A stretch of DNA of 64,000 nucleotides from Takakia lepidozioides (Eukaryota; Plantae; Bryophyta), in assembly GCA_030704615.1 (NCBI GenBank), contig CM060732.1, forward strand, positions 79,608,001 through 79,672,000, in the 5' to 3' direction. Numbering within the stretch: position 1 is the first letter of the stretch; every line of letters begins with the position of its first letter. The position numbers were made by a program, and so were the translations under genes. This document shows, piece by piece, positions 22,801 to 33,640 of the stretch. The notes under the pieces are model-generated. The model saw only the letters and a program-made list of their open reading frames with translations. It was not told the DNA's origin and made no database searches.

Positions 22801-25740
22801 TGAGGGATTTAATCTGGCTACTTCTAGTGTGCAGGTAAGTGAGATGGTGAAAACCTGTAGCTCGAGACGGAGGCTTCGATTATAGCTATGGTTAATCACA
22901 GATGCTAGGATTGCAAGGAGTAGTTCAGCCTGACTGTACTGAGCTCCCTTGCTGCAGTCCCTGTCCTCTCTCGCCTACTCCTGGGCTAATTTTGCAGTGT
23001 TTTATGGTCTTTGCTAGAGCACCTTGTGGACTAGGATGGTTGTTGGGTACATGTCAACCAGTGGGTGGGTATGCTGTGCAGCCAGGTCAAAGAAGCTATC
23101 CCTTGCGCCCAGAGCTTATAGAAAGCACGTACATGCTTTACAAGGCCACACGTGATCCCATGTACATAATCCACTCCTATTTTGAAGTCTCTCCACCGCC
23201 CTTCTTCCTGTTTTTCCCTGCTTTATCTCTCATGTTTCGACACATCTCAGGGAGTTGAAGGCCAGCGATGTTTGCTGGCTTTGGACATTAATTGTGTGCC
23301 ATAACCTTGCAGGTTGTTGTGTGCATGGTAGAAGGCTTGAGAACATTGAGGACGCAGTGTAGTTGATTTCAGTTTCATTTGTGGTGGGACCAGGTATCTG
23401 GATGTTGGGCGGGACATAGTGGCAAGTTTACAGTATGGGGCAAAGTGTCGGTGCGGCTACTGCCATATTTCAGATGTGGAGTCACACCAGCAGGATGACC
23501 ACATGGAGAGCTTCTTCCTGGCTGAAACTGTACATTCCTTTGTTTCAGCAGTCCTGCACTCCTCTCTCATTGTCTGGTGTGTCTGGGAATGGGACTAGAA
23601 CCCTGGAAGATTCAAGAGTATGTTTTGCTTAGACAGAAATAGTCATCCTGCTGCAAATCATGGGTAATCTATGGGTCCAATCACAGTCGTCATGTTTTGG
23701 CATTCTCTAATCCAGAAATCTAGGGATGGCAGGCTGAGTGAGAACTAACATTGTCTGAATGTCATCTTTTCCAAGGCAAATCATAGGCAAGGGCCAGATA
23801 TGGTTGGGCAGGAAGTTTCTTTTCATCACTTTTTTAGCATTTTCACTGCTACCATGGTGATTTTATTTGCAGGTGAAGTATCTGTGGCTGCTCTTTGATT
23901 TGGGTGCTGGTGGCCACAACATAGTGGAGAATGGTCCTTACTCGTAAGTGGTCCATTAAATCTGTATGTATGATACAAACATGGTTATTTTCTATTTTCT
24001 GTAAAGGTCTTGAGTGAGCATGAAGGTGGGGAGAGCTTTGTTGTAGTCTCAACCTTGGTTGGGCTCTGTTGTAAAGTAGAGACTACTTATTTCTTGCCAC
24101 TCATTGACCTGTTTTTGAAGTTCCTGCCCAAGTATGTCCATATTGGGTCCGGCATGCATGATAAGAAAACTCAAAGCAGCAGAGCCTTTCACCTATTTTT
24201 GATGCTTGCTATGACCATCATTACCTTTAACCTCGATGAGAAACGCAGACATATTACATAAAAATGGTAAGACCACCTGTGGTTACAAATGTACTCATCA
24301 GACTATGCTCGGTGTAGGTTTGTGGCCATACACGCCTTGTGCCACCTGCCATTCTGATATTCCATTCCTCTTCCATAAACTCCCAGGGACCTGTATAGAT
24401 GGAGCAGAAGGGGGGAGAAGGCGAGGGATCAGAGGCTTGTTGTCGCAGAAACAACGAAAGGGATTCAGCATCAGGTGCCTTGATATGCACAGCACATCCC
24501 TTCCCAAAACGGAACTGTCAATGACTTGGGTAAAGGGCCCAAGAGACACAATTAGAACAACAAAGAACTACAGAAAACAAATCATACAACCATAGAGAGA
24601 AATAAAGGTAGATAGAACCCATGTGTTACATGACACGCTGTGATATTTTGGGAGGAGGATCTGCAGGTATGTGTTCACCACAGAAGGGCATTTGCTGCCA
24701 ATAACTCCCGAGATAACACTTCTGTCAGAGCACTGCACCTACACAGGCAGTTTTTGCCAAGATGGGGATGTTGTGCAAGGGGTCCTGAGGGCTAGAAGAA
24801 TTGCGAAGGCAGAGGCTGAGGCTGAGGCTGAGGAGGCAAGTTCTCTGGATCAAAAGGCAGGGTCTGCCCACCACAATAGCAGCAGCTTGGAGGAGGCTAT
24901 ATTCTCTGGCAGAGGAAGAGGTCGAGTCGAGGAGTTCCAGTGCTCTGAGGAGGGTGATCTTGCAGAAAGCCCACTTAAGGTCTTTAAGCCTCTTGTGTAC
25001 CTTTCTTTCTTTCTGTTGGTGTGTCAATTGTGGGAAAAGGAAGCACAGACAGGGTCTGCGGCCCCAAAGAGAGAAATAAAGAAATGCTAGGCTCATTAAA
25101 CATTTCTTGCTGGCCTTCTGGTCAGAGAACCCTTGAACAGAGCACAAAAGGGGAGGAGGGGCAGAGGGAGGGGGAGATGAGGAGAGCCGAATAAGCGTCC
25201 ATTGCTATGGCAGAAAGTGTGAACTCCAGTAGTGGGACTTGATTTTAATATTGATATTGGTTTTGGCCCTTTCTCAGATTCTCTTTAGTCTATTGTCAAT
25301 CCCAAGAAGTCTCTAGCATCAAAGGGAAGAGACATGAGAGAGATCCAAATATGCCCTAAACTTGCCTGTGTGTGTGGCAGGGAGTGTGCCCAGAACTAAG
25401 CCACTGGCGTCGGCTTGGTATACATGCAGCCGCGGATTATGTTGCTTCAGTCCAATCAGATTCAGCCTCTCAAGAAGCTGACACTGACGCTAGTTCGACC
25501 CCAGAGAGTAGTGTTACATCTCAGGCAGACCAGATTCATTCTGTCATTTTGGAGCCTTCTTCAGTAGAGAGCACAGCCACTACTGATGGGGAAAGTACTG
25601 GATTTCTAACAGAAGAGGATGACATTAGTGGTCCAGGAAATGGCCAGCTGAATTCTAACAGTAGGGAGAGCCAAATGGATAGTCTGAGTAAATCAGTAGA
25701 AGACAAGGAAAGGGAAACCCATTTCTCCCTGGACATTTAG
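13880..25740 (+). CDS. MNS4: EDEM-type GH47 alpha-1,2-mannosidase, MNS4-like, 17 exons
   Basis: Exons 13880-14011, 14971-15090, 15344-15436, 15629-15715, 15985-16075, 16223-16278, 16555-16627, 17009-17118, 21338-21388, 21737-21825, 22345-22426, 22721-22834, 23082-23161, 23394-23529, 23873-23943, 24667-24979, 25381-25740 join in frame. Motifs [64 protein letters not shown]; hydrophobic N-terminal anchor. Confidence 0.93.
15776..15865 (-). mobile_element. Very short 3'-end fragment of the (TC)n-associated LINE in MNS4 intron 4
   Basis: (GA)n-ATATACTCATAAGACG..TTTGCTGTAGCCTTG..GGCCA matches the 3' terminus of the LINE at 18234 onward; GA repeats on both sides. Confidence 0.75.
17433..18210 (-). 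mobile_element. Two additional head-to-tail truncated copies of the LINE 3' region (about 17433-17630 and 17647-18210)
   Basis: Both encode [15 protein letters not shown] as in the long copy; the second carries its own (TC)n tail at 17636-17646. Confidence 0.88.
18234..21174 (-). mobile_element. 5'-truncated APE-type LINE (RTE/RTEX-like) in MNS4 intron 8: endonuclease C-terminus, RT, CCHC finger, two frameshifts
   Basis: DYII..SDHFLVW (APE end), [61 protein letters not shown]. The stop is followed by GTACAA(TC)n, and the 5' end abuts (GA)n at 21175-21203. Confidence 0.93.
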
Positions 25741-26721
25741 TTTCCTGGAGATGTATTCTGGTGCCTCCTTATTCATCTTCTCGTCCTCACTTCAAACCCA
25801 GACCCGGGGAGAAGTTCTTTTGGTACTTTCATGAATAGTCATGTTCCATATTTCCTGTTGAAACCTGGACTCAAATGACTCCACTGTATGTAACTGCCAG
25901 TGCGGTTTTTTTCATCTGAGGTAAGGTGTCCTGGGAGACATGATTTTCCTTGGCCAATTTGACCTCCCTTTGGGAACACACGAAGGAGCCTAGGCAAGGC
26001 CAAATGAGATTGACATCTTGTTTGTTTGCTAAAGGTCTAAGAAATGACCACTGCGCTGCTTGATTAGGTTCAGGGTCTGCCTCAAAAATGCTGCTACAGT
26101 CAATACCTTTTAGCTCTACTGTCCAGAGTTTAGTGTAATTCCAAATGATGACTAATGTCATCAGCGAGGTCAAAACCTTCCATTTTGTATGTATGTGTGC
26201 ATATGAAGTTGTTTGGATTTAACTATGACTGCATGGTATGTGGTAATAAGCACTGATGTTTATGCAGATATGTTAAGGCCATCACACACTGTTGGTGTTT
26301 CGGCTGATGTTGTTAGAGGTGTTGTTGTGCTGTTATCATGATATAATATAGTGTTTTTTTAGAGAGAAGGTACCCACAAATTCAACTAGTCCATGCAGTG
26401 ATCCTCATTTATAGCTGGGTTGGCTTAAATAGGTGACATAGTAGCTTCAAGCATTTGCAGCAAGCTTGTCCAGATGCTTGTCTTCAAGCAATTATTTCTT
26501 CAATCAAACAGTTCGTGTTAATGCTCCCCAGGATATTCTGCACGACATGTGCCATTTCACATTTATGCTGTTGTGTGGGAGAGCCAGATGCCTAAATGCC
26601 ATAGCTGGTGTGTGATGCAGAATGTATTCTAACAAGTGATTGCTAAAATATTTGTGTTGTGGAATGATCTTTTTCCTCCTCGCCCGACAAGGAGATTACC
26701 AGCCTATGGTTTGAAAGATAT

Positions 26722-27030
26722 AGAGAGAATGTACTCGTAAGGCATTGCTTGCTCACGGCTGTAGCTTTGTGGCCATCGACCCTATGTCCAGTTTTGTGAT
26801 GAACGTCAAAAGGAAATATATGCTACATTTTGTGAGGGGCTCACTCAGTAGCAGGACTTACCTTAGTAAAGATAATTAGTTCGGGTTTTCGAGATATCCC
26901 TTCACTCAATTTGCTGTGTGTGAGCTGCCCAACAGTTATACTCCAACAGGACCAGGGCTTTAGGCTCAGCCTCAAGATTCCCATCCTAAGTTAAATTTTA
27001 GTCTAGTGCTGAGTGAGGGAGAGAGAGAGA
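26722..27030 (-). mobile_element. Diverged 3' fragment of the same (TC)n LINE
   Basis: AGAGAGAATGTACTCGTAAG..TGTAGCTTTGTGGCCAT..GGCTCAGCCTCAAGA..AGTCTAGTGC; flanked by GA repeats at both ends. Confidence 0.75.
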
Positions 27031-30000
27031 CAAGGTCCATGCTGACCCTCCGAGGGAGCTATCGCTGTTGCTAGATTGCATAGCCAAAGAGGCCAACAAG
27101 TTCTCAGTGCGACCTCTAGGGTAGCCTGTGCGTTTGGCCCATGTATGAAGAATTGAAATGTAAGACCAAGTGTGATTTCCTATGTATCCAAATGCGTCTC
27201 CTATGTCAAGGCCCATCTAAGCCCAAGTGCAATCTTCTATGTATCTAATCATCTATGAGCACAACCGCGGTCATAGGGGTTAAATGTTCTCATCCTGCGG
27301 TCATAGGAATTACATGTTAATAGGCACGGTGCATATGAGTACCTTCAGATTTATTTTCTCAATGCGAAAATAACTTTTCTAGGGCTTAAACTGCAGATAC
27401 CCAGACTGAAAACCACCATTTTTGTTTTTCTGGGGTTTTCTAGGATATCTGGTTTGCATAACGTGAGGAAACCCCACGCCTTTAGGGTAACATGTTTATC
27501 GTGTATAGGTATTACTTGTTTCTTAAGTGATGTGAGCAGTTAAAACAAGTTTCGCAAAGTTTTTAGTTTCTCAATTTTAGTTTCGCCGGAGAATATTCGA
27601 AAGGCATATAGGGAATATCCTTAATATTCGCTCACACACTACCCAACCTCTTGTATAGAGGCCCAAGTGTCCACTGTCATCTAAGCCCAAGTGTATCCAA
27701 GTGCGTCTCCTATGTAGAGGCCGAAGTGCAACCTAAACGAACTTGAAATTCGTGTTAGCCATATTTCATCATTTTTTTTCCACACAGCCTACGATCAGAT
27801 TTGAACCGGAGACCTTTCCTTTTATATCACTCCTGTCGAGGCTCCCACCATTGTCCCAGGAATGCCCACTCTCCTATTTTTCAGGAATTTCCAGCAACCA
27901 AAAGTACTTGAAATTCAACATCTCCCACACCGCATGTCCAAAAATCATGAGACCAAGTCTCAGGGCTTTCCAACGGTACCAAGCACCAAGGTTGGAGACC
28001 CGCGGTTTGGGACATCTCAAATCTACAAAACAAAACAAAACAAATGCATGGTTACATGCGAGCCCTGCCCTTGCATAGTTATGAATTGGTTGTGAAATGA
28101 TTGACAAAATTATTCGGGAGATTAAATGCTAGGGAAATTGTGGTCGATCCAATATGCTTCTTCTTCCAATATGCTTCTTCTGTACTAGACAAATAATGTT
28201 GTGTGGTTGCAATAATCCATAGTAATGTGGCCTCTACTTCTGAGCACATAATCTACCGCCATTCATTTTTATATTAGAGACAAACCCAATCTGCTACTTT
28301 TTGCCCTCGTCAGACAGTAGCTTGAGCGGCGTCACCCGTGGCAATTGTCTTGGGAACCTGACCACCAGTGGCCGAGCAAAGCAGCATGAGGCACCAAGAG
28401 GCTCCAGCCCACAACCCGGACCTGCACTCGATTCTAATAAGTTTATCTTTCGTAGGGCTCTTATTCACTTCCAAATCCTCATCAACAGTCCTCATTTGGT
28501 CTGGAACTAAACTAGGTACCCTAAACAACAATCGCTTCATGCCACGTGCTATTTGCTACGAGTTCCTTCTTTTTCAGTCACTGCATGCGTTCCAGTATGG
28601 ATGTGACAATGGATGATTACCATCCAACCGAAACATTGGTCCCTCGAAAAGATGGTCCCGTGACAAGTGAGAGAAACCAATTGCATAGTTTCTGCCTCAG
28701 GGCAGAGCCAACCAACATCTCGATTCATATATTGATATATGACCGACGGAGGTGAAAAAATGAAGTAACCGGTCTAGTTAGGAACCGGCGGAAGTGGGGG
28801 TTGGTACCACGTGAGCACAAACAGCGTGAGCACAAAAAATTCGCCACGTGAGCAGGATCCACGGTTATAGGGGTGATATGTATGTCAGCGGAAATACATA
28901 TTATAGATGGACATAGGATCTTTCCGTGTTAATAGGGTCCCCATGGTGTCTCAATATAATGTTAAACATAGGAGTTTGAAAGGGAGAAACTCTTAGAAAA
29001 AAATAAAAACCAAAACCAAACCCCAATTTCGCCGACGAAACCAAGTTTTGCTAGCGGAAATCCAAGTTTTGCTGGCGAAAACCGTGTGCATTTCGCTAGC
29101 GAAACCCTTTTTTGGGGGTGATTCTTGCCACATTGTTTACGTGCGCTGATCTCTGAGTTCTGGCAGATATATTTGTGGATCTTTGTGCTCACGCGAGTTA
29201 AGCTTTGGATGATTAATCTCATGATTTTTTTTCGCGTGAGCACGGTTTTCAGATAGTTTCGTATTTCTTACCGCATGAGCGCATTTTGGTTTCGCCATCA
29301 CATATTCTCCAAAATATTTTGGAATATTTGGAATATGCCTTTGTGCGCTGGTGTGAGCCTGCTCACATGCTACCCAACCTCGCGGAGGTTAGACATTCAA
29401 ATAACCGAGCAAAGAACTTATTCGATGAAAACCATCGGTTATTTGAGATTTTTGCAAGTAACCCCAACCACAGGTTATATTATATCTAGCCATAAAATAT
29501 TTAATAACCACAACCGCAGGTTACTAGTTTCCTGAAATTTGAAGCAACCGCAACCGCCGGTTATGAAAAAAATCAAATAACCGCCCAACACTAGTTTAGA
29601 GGTAGTGGAGCAGCCGCCGACTTTTCCTGGAGCAGTGGTCATGTCCTGTAGCACGTCCCCACGTTTCCAGATCCCTCTACAACCGGCCACCTCACTCCTA
29701 CTTCAGCAGGCTCCCCCATTGGCCGGTCTAATCCTCTTCATTTTTCAACCTTCAGGAACAACCCCTCCCAGGATTTGGGACCCTTTATTATTATTTATTT
29801 ATATAGTGAGGCTTGTCTGTTTTTGCCCTCCTGTTCTTTGTTGGCTCTCTTGAGTCTGCAGAAGAGAGACTTTGCAACATGTTCAAGTCAAGGGAGAAAA
29901 TGTGGTCAAAGGACCTTACAAAGTGTCAAGGCTCCGACTCCGTGTGTTGTGCTGAGTCATGCCCCTTACTCTCACCTCCCCTCTATGTTTTGCCAAAAGA

Positions 30001-30166
30001 AGAGAGCTCATTGCTGTTTGAGGCTTGTTAGAATCCGCGGCAGACGGAGATCCAGAGAGACCGAGAAAAGAGCATACATAACCTGGGGAGTGTAGGCTGC
30101 TCCCACACAAGAGCAAGCAAACGGAACAGCAACTTGGTAATTGATATTGATCACGCAGAGGAAGCT

Positions 30167-32369
30167 ATGGGATCAGTTACCGAGTAAGTCTGCCAGTCTT
30201 ATCCCGCTCTTCACAGCGTAGGCGAAACGTGGACTTTTGATTGCAGTTAATTCCATGTTTTTTCTATCTGTAGCGTGTTCACAGTATGCTTTTACATGGA
30301 ATCGATCTAGAGATTAGAGTAGGGATGTAACAGAGGAGTCGGTCGAGACTGTAGTGCTCATGTGATGTTTGAGTGAAATGAGTCTAAGAAGTGCAGGTTA
30401 GGTCATTTTAATTGTACGTACAACTAGCAGATTGGCTTCGCCACACTTATGGCGGTGTTTTGATTCATCGCACAGTACATGAATCACTGTGGGGCTTATA
30501 GGACGCACTTTTGTGAGCTCAATGATAGATCGAATCATACAACTGGTGGAACCTTCAAATAGGATTCTGCACCTACATCAATTCCGTTCGGAGGAATATT
30601 TTGGAATCACAGCTCTGCTGTTCAACATGTAGGATACTGGTCCCGACTTACACTAGATACTGCCAATGTGAATTGAAGTTTTATATATGTGGTCGGTTCG
30701 ATGTATTTGAAGTCTAGCCCTAACCAAGTTACCCGATTCTTACATGTAACTGATCTAGCAACTGGCAACTTCGTATGCATGCAGAACGAGGTGGTGGTCG
30801 AAGGAGTCCCCCAGTCACCGTGAACGTCCTGAGAGACTTAGGAGAACGTAGTTTCTGACGTTCCTGCTGTAAAAAACAAGAAACGTAGGGAAAACGTTTA
30901 GGTTTGGATGATAATTGTTTCATCCAAAATTTGACTGGATGAAAAATCGGGCAACAAACCCTAGAGCCCTGCTAGAACAGACGTTCGTTGCTCATGCCGT
31001 TTTCTGTTACGTTTTCTAATTTCCTTTCTATGAGAATGCCCGTTTTTTAACGTTTTCAAGCATTAACTCGTTTTCCGTTCGCGGTGACTGGGCGAAGGAC
31101 ACAGTGGCAGTGGTGACGGGGGCATAGGCTTCGAGATTGCACGCCAATTGGCAAAACATGGGATCACCACAGTTCTGACTGCGCGCGATGAACATCGTGG
31201 GCGTGAGGCCCTTGAAGCTTTGAAAAGAGAAAGGTTAGAGCAGGTCTCTTTCCATCTTCTTGACGTCACCAGCGAAGATTCTGCACGGACACTAGCAGAT
31301 TGGCTTCGCCACACTTATGGTGGTATCGATATCCTTGTGAGTTTCGCGATAATTCCCCAATTAAGAGGGGTTTTATATCTGGGATCCTGTCCCTTATCCT
31401 TTCAATAAAGATCCACTCAGTTAAGAAGATAGACTGTTATACAGACAGAGTACGCGAGCCACAAGAAATGAATTGAGGAAGTTAGGGGGTCTTTGTTGGA
31501 AGCTGACAAAGTGGTGCATTTTGTCGGGGCAGGTAAATAATGCTGGGATCTCGAAAGTCGGCCCTCTGGCTGTAGTGGATGCAAAAGCTATTATAAGCAC
31601 CAACTATGACGGTGTCAAGCTTGTAACAGAAGCCTTGCTCCCTCTTTTACGACACACTGAGGCTGGTGCTCGCATTGTGGTGGTTTCCTCACGACTTGGC
31701 CAACTGCAGGTCTCGCTCTCAGACATTGTGAGTTTGATCTCCTTCATATGGGTATTTTTTAGAAGTCTTGAGAAGACTGACTATTGATACTCTATAGGAG
31801 AGTGGTGTGTGTACATAGTCCTGACACGTCTATCCAGCTTTGCCTAGCATGCTATAGTTTTGTCTCCTTATCCTGCCTTGCAGTAGTACAGCGGCTGAGT
31901 TTTGTGGAAAATTGTTTCTTTGACTGCCTCTCAGTTGTTGAAAAACAAGTTTCGTGAAGCGTTAGCTGATCGTGAACACATCGAAGAAGTCACCGTCAAC
32001 AAGTTCATTGATCAGAGTCTCCAAGATTTGAGTACTGGGACGTGGAAGGAAAAGGGTTGGCCCGCATATGTTTCATCAGCATATTCTGTTTCGAAGATTG
32101 CGGTGAATGCGTACGTCAGCATAATGCACCGCGCCATCTCTGGTCGACCGCAAGACGAGAGCATCGTTGTGAACACTTACTGTCCCGGGATGACTGAAAC
32201 AGATATGCTGTCGGTGGGTATCAGCGAGGCTCCCCCGCCGGAATTATCACACCTCATACCCCACCCTGTTGATCGAGGTGCTGATACGGGTGTGTGGCTA
32301 GCTCTCCAGCCTCCTGGAGGCCCTTCAGGAAAGTTTTGGGCTGACCGCCATGAGATGAGTTCTAACTGA
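30167..32369 (+). pseudogene. Short-chain dehydrogenase/reductase (carbonyl reductase / neomenthol dehydrogenase-like), probably inactivated
   Basis: Exons about 30167-30183, 30785-31336, 31533-31709, 31935-32369. Motifs RWWSK/DTVAVVTG, GFEIARQLA, LDVT, LVNNAG, VSS, YSVSK, CPG. Exon 2 carries a MITE and a frameshifting deletion in TGxxxGIG. Confidence 0.82.
30806..31092. mobile_element. MITE inserted in SDR exon 2
   Basis: 17-bp TIRs CCCAGTCACCGTGAACG (30810) and CGTTCGCGGTGACTGGG (ends 31092); direct repeat CGAAGGA at 30799-30805 and 31093-31099; removing it restores W-W-S-K-D-T-V-A. Confidence 0.85.
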
Positions 32370-33640
32370 GAGAGAAAAACGGTGGCGTACATAACAGCCT
32401 AGTAAATGGGCATTCAACGCCAATCGCTTCCAATTATTACTGATATTAATCTAGAGCATTTAGAGCATCACCTTTCCTTCTCTGATCTGTTTCTCCTGCT
32501 TACGTAGGTGATGGAAAGAAAAACACATAACATAGGGCCTAATCAACCTCCACTACAGCATTCGAGGAGTGAAGGGCTAGTAAAGGCCCACAGGTTTGCT
32601 GTGGGCAGCTCTTCTTCTCTGGCTCACAGTTCTGCAGCTGCCATAGATGTCTCAAATGGGGCAGTAGGCTATGCTGGAGCAAAACCAAATGTTCTACAAG
32701 CCTGCTTGTCCTAGTATTAATTCAAACGTCAGCTCATCCTGTTCCACATAAGCATTACTTGTTGGAGTTCACATTGTAGACTATGATGTCTCAATTGATT
32801 CGCAAACCGCAAACCATCTCAAAGCAAAGCACCGTGTAGGTTTAGAATAGAAACCAGTTTGTGTATTTAAGAAGCGAGGAAAGACTCTAAGCACACTTCG
32901 TTTGGTACACGGTCACAGAAGTAACTACACAATTTGCTTGTCATTCGTGAAATTTTTTCTTCTACTGTCAGTGTCACTTATTATTAGTCATCACAGTGAT
33001 TGAGTGCCGAATCTGTTTGGGAGATGGTTGCTGTTGAATGCTCCTAACTTATCCCTCGCTCCTACTTGCCATCCGTTGCTGCCAACCATGTATGTGTATC
33101 CTCTGGCTTGACAAATGCCATACTTTTGATACATCTTGAAGATGTCTGCTTCTCCACAACGCACCAAATCATTTGTTGTTTCTAGTAGTGGTTATGCATT
33201 GATCTTGTTAACTGACTCCGGATTTTACAAAATACCATCTTGGCCATTTGCTGGTCCTCACAATCGGCGTGGCTGCCTATTGAGAGTGGAGTGCGCTAGG
33301 TAGGCTCAAGGTGTTCGATTAGTTAATGGGAACACATGGCTACATTGAATAAGAACAAAGGATTTGTGCTGCAGAAGATTTTATATTCCAACAAGTTACT
33401 TGATTCAGCAACAACATACTTTCAAGGAACTTAACATAGTGATGGTGCAGCCAGCATAAGGCTACAACCTGAATGGCTAAAAGCTGATACAAAATTTGCT
33501 CTGGAGGTCACTTTCGACATCTTCCATGTCACGGTCCACAACCCCTGCCCTCTCCAGTCAATTACTTATGAATCTATCAAATCTTTCTGGGACATTACTA
33601 ACCTGGTTTGAAACAAGATTGTGTCAGCAACTGGCTAATC

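Noticed and set aside
13630-27283. TTAACCCCTAT ... ATAGGGGTTAA as piggyBac-like TIRs enclosing MNS4
   Set aside because: Only 11 bp match with no extension, which is expected by chance in 64 kb; they do not flank the transposase.
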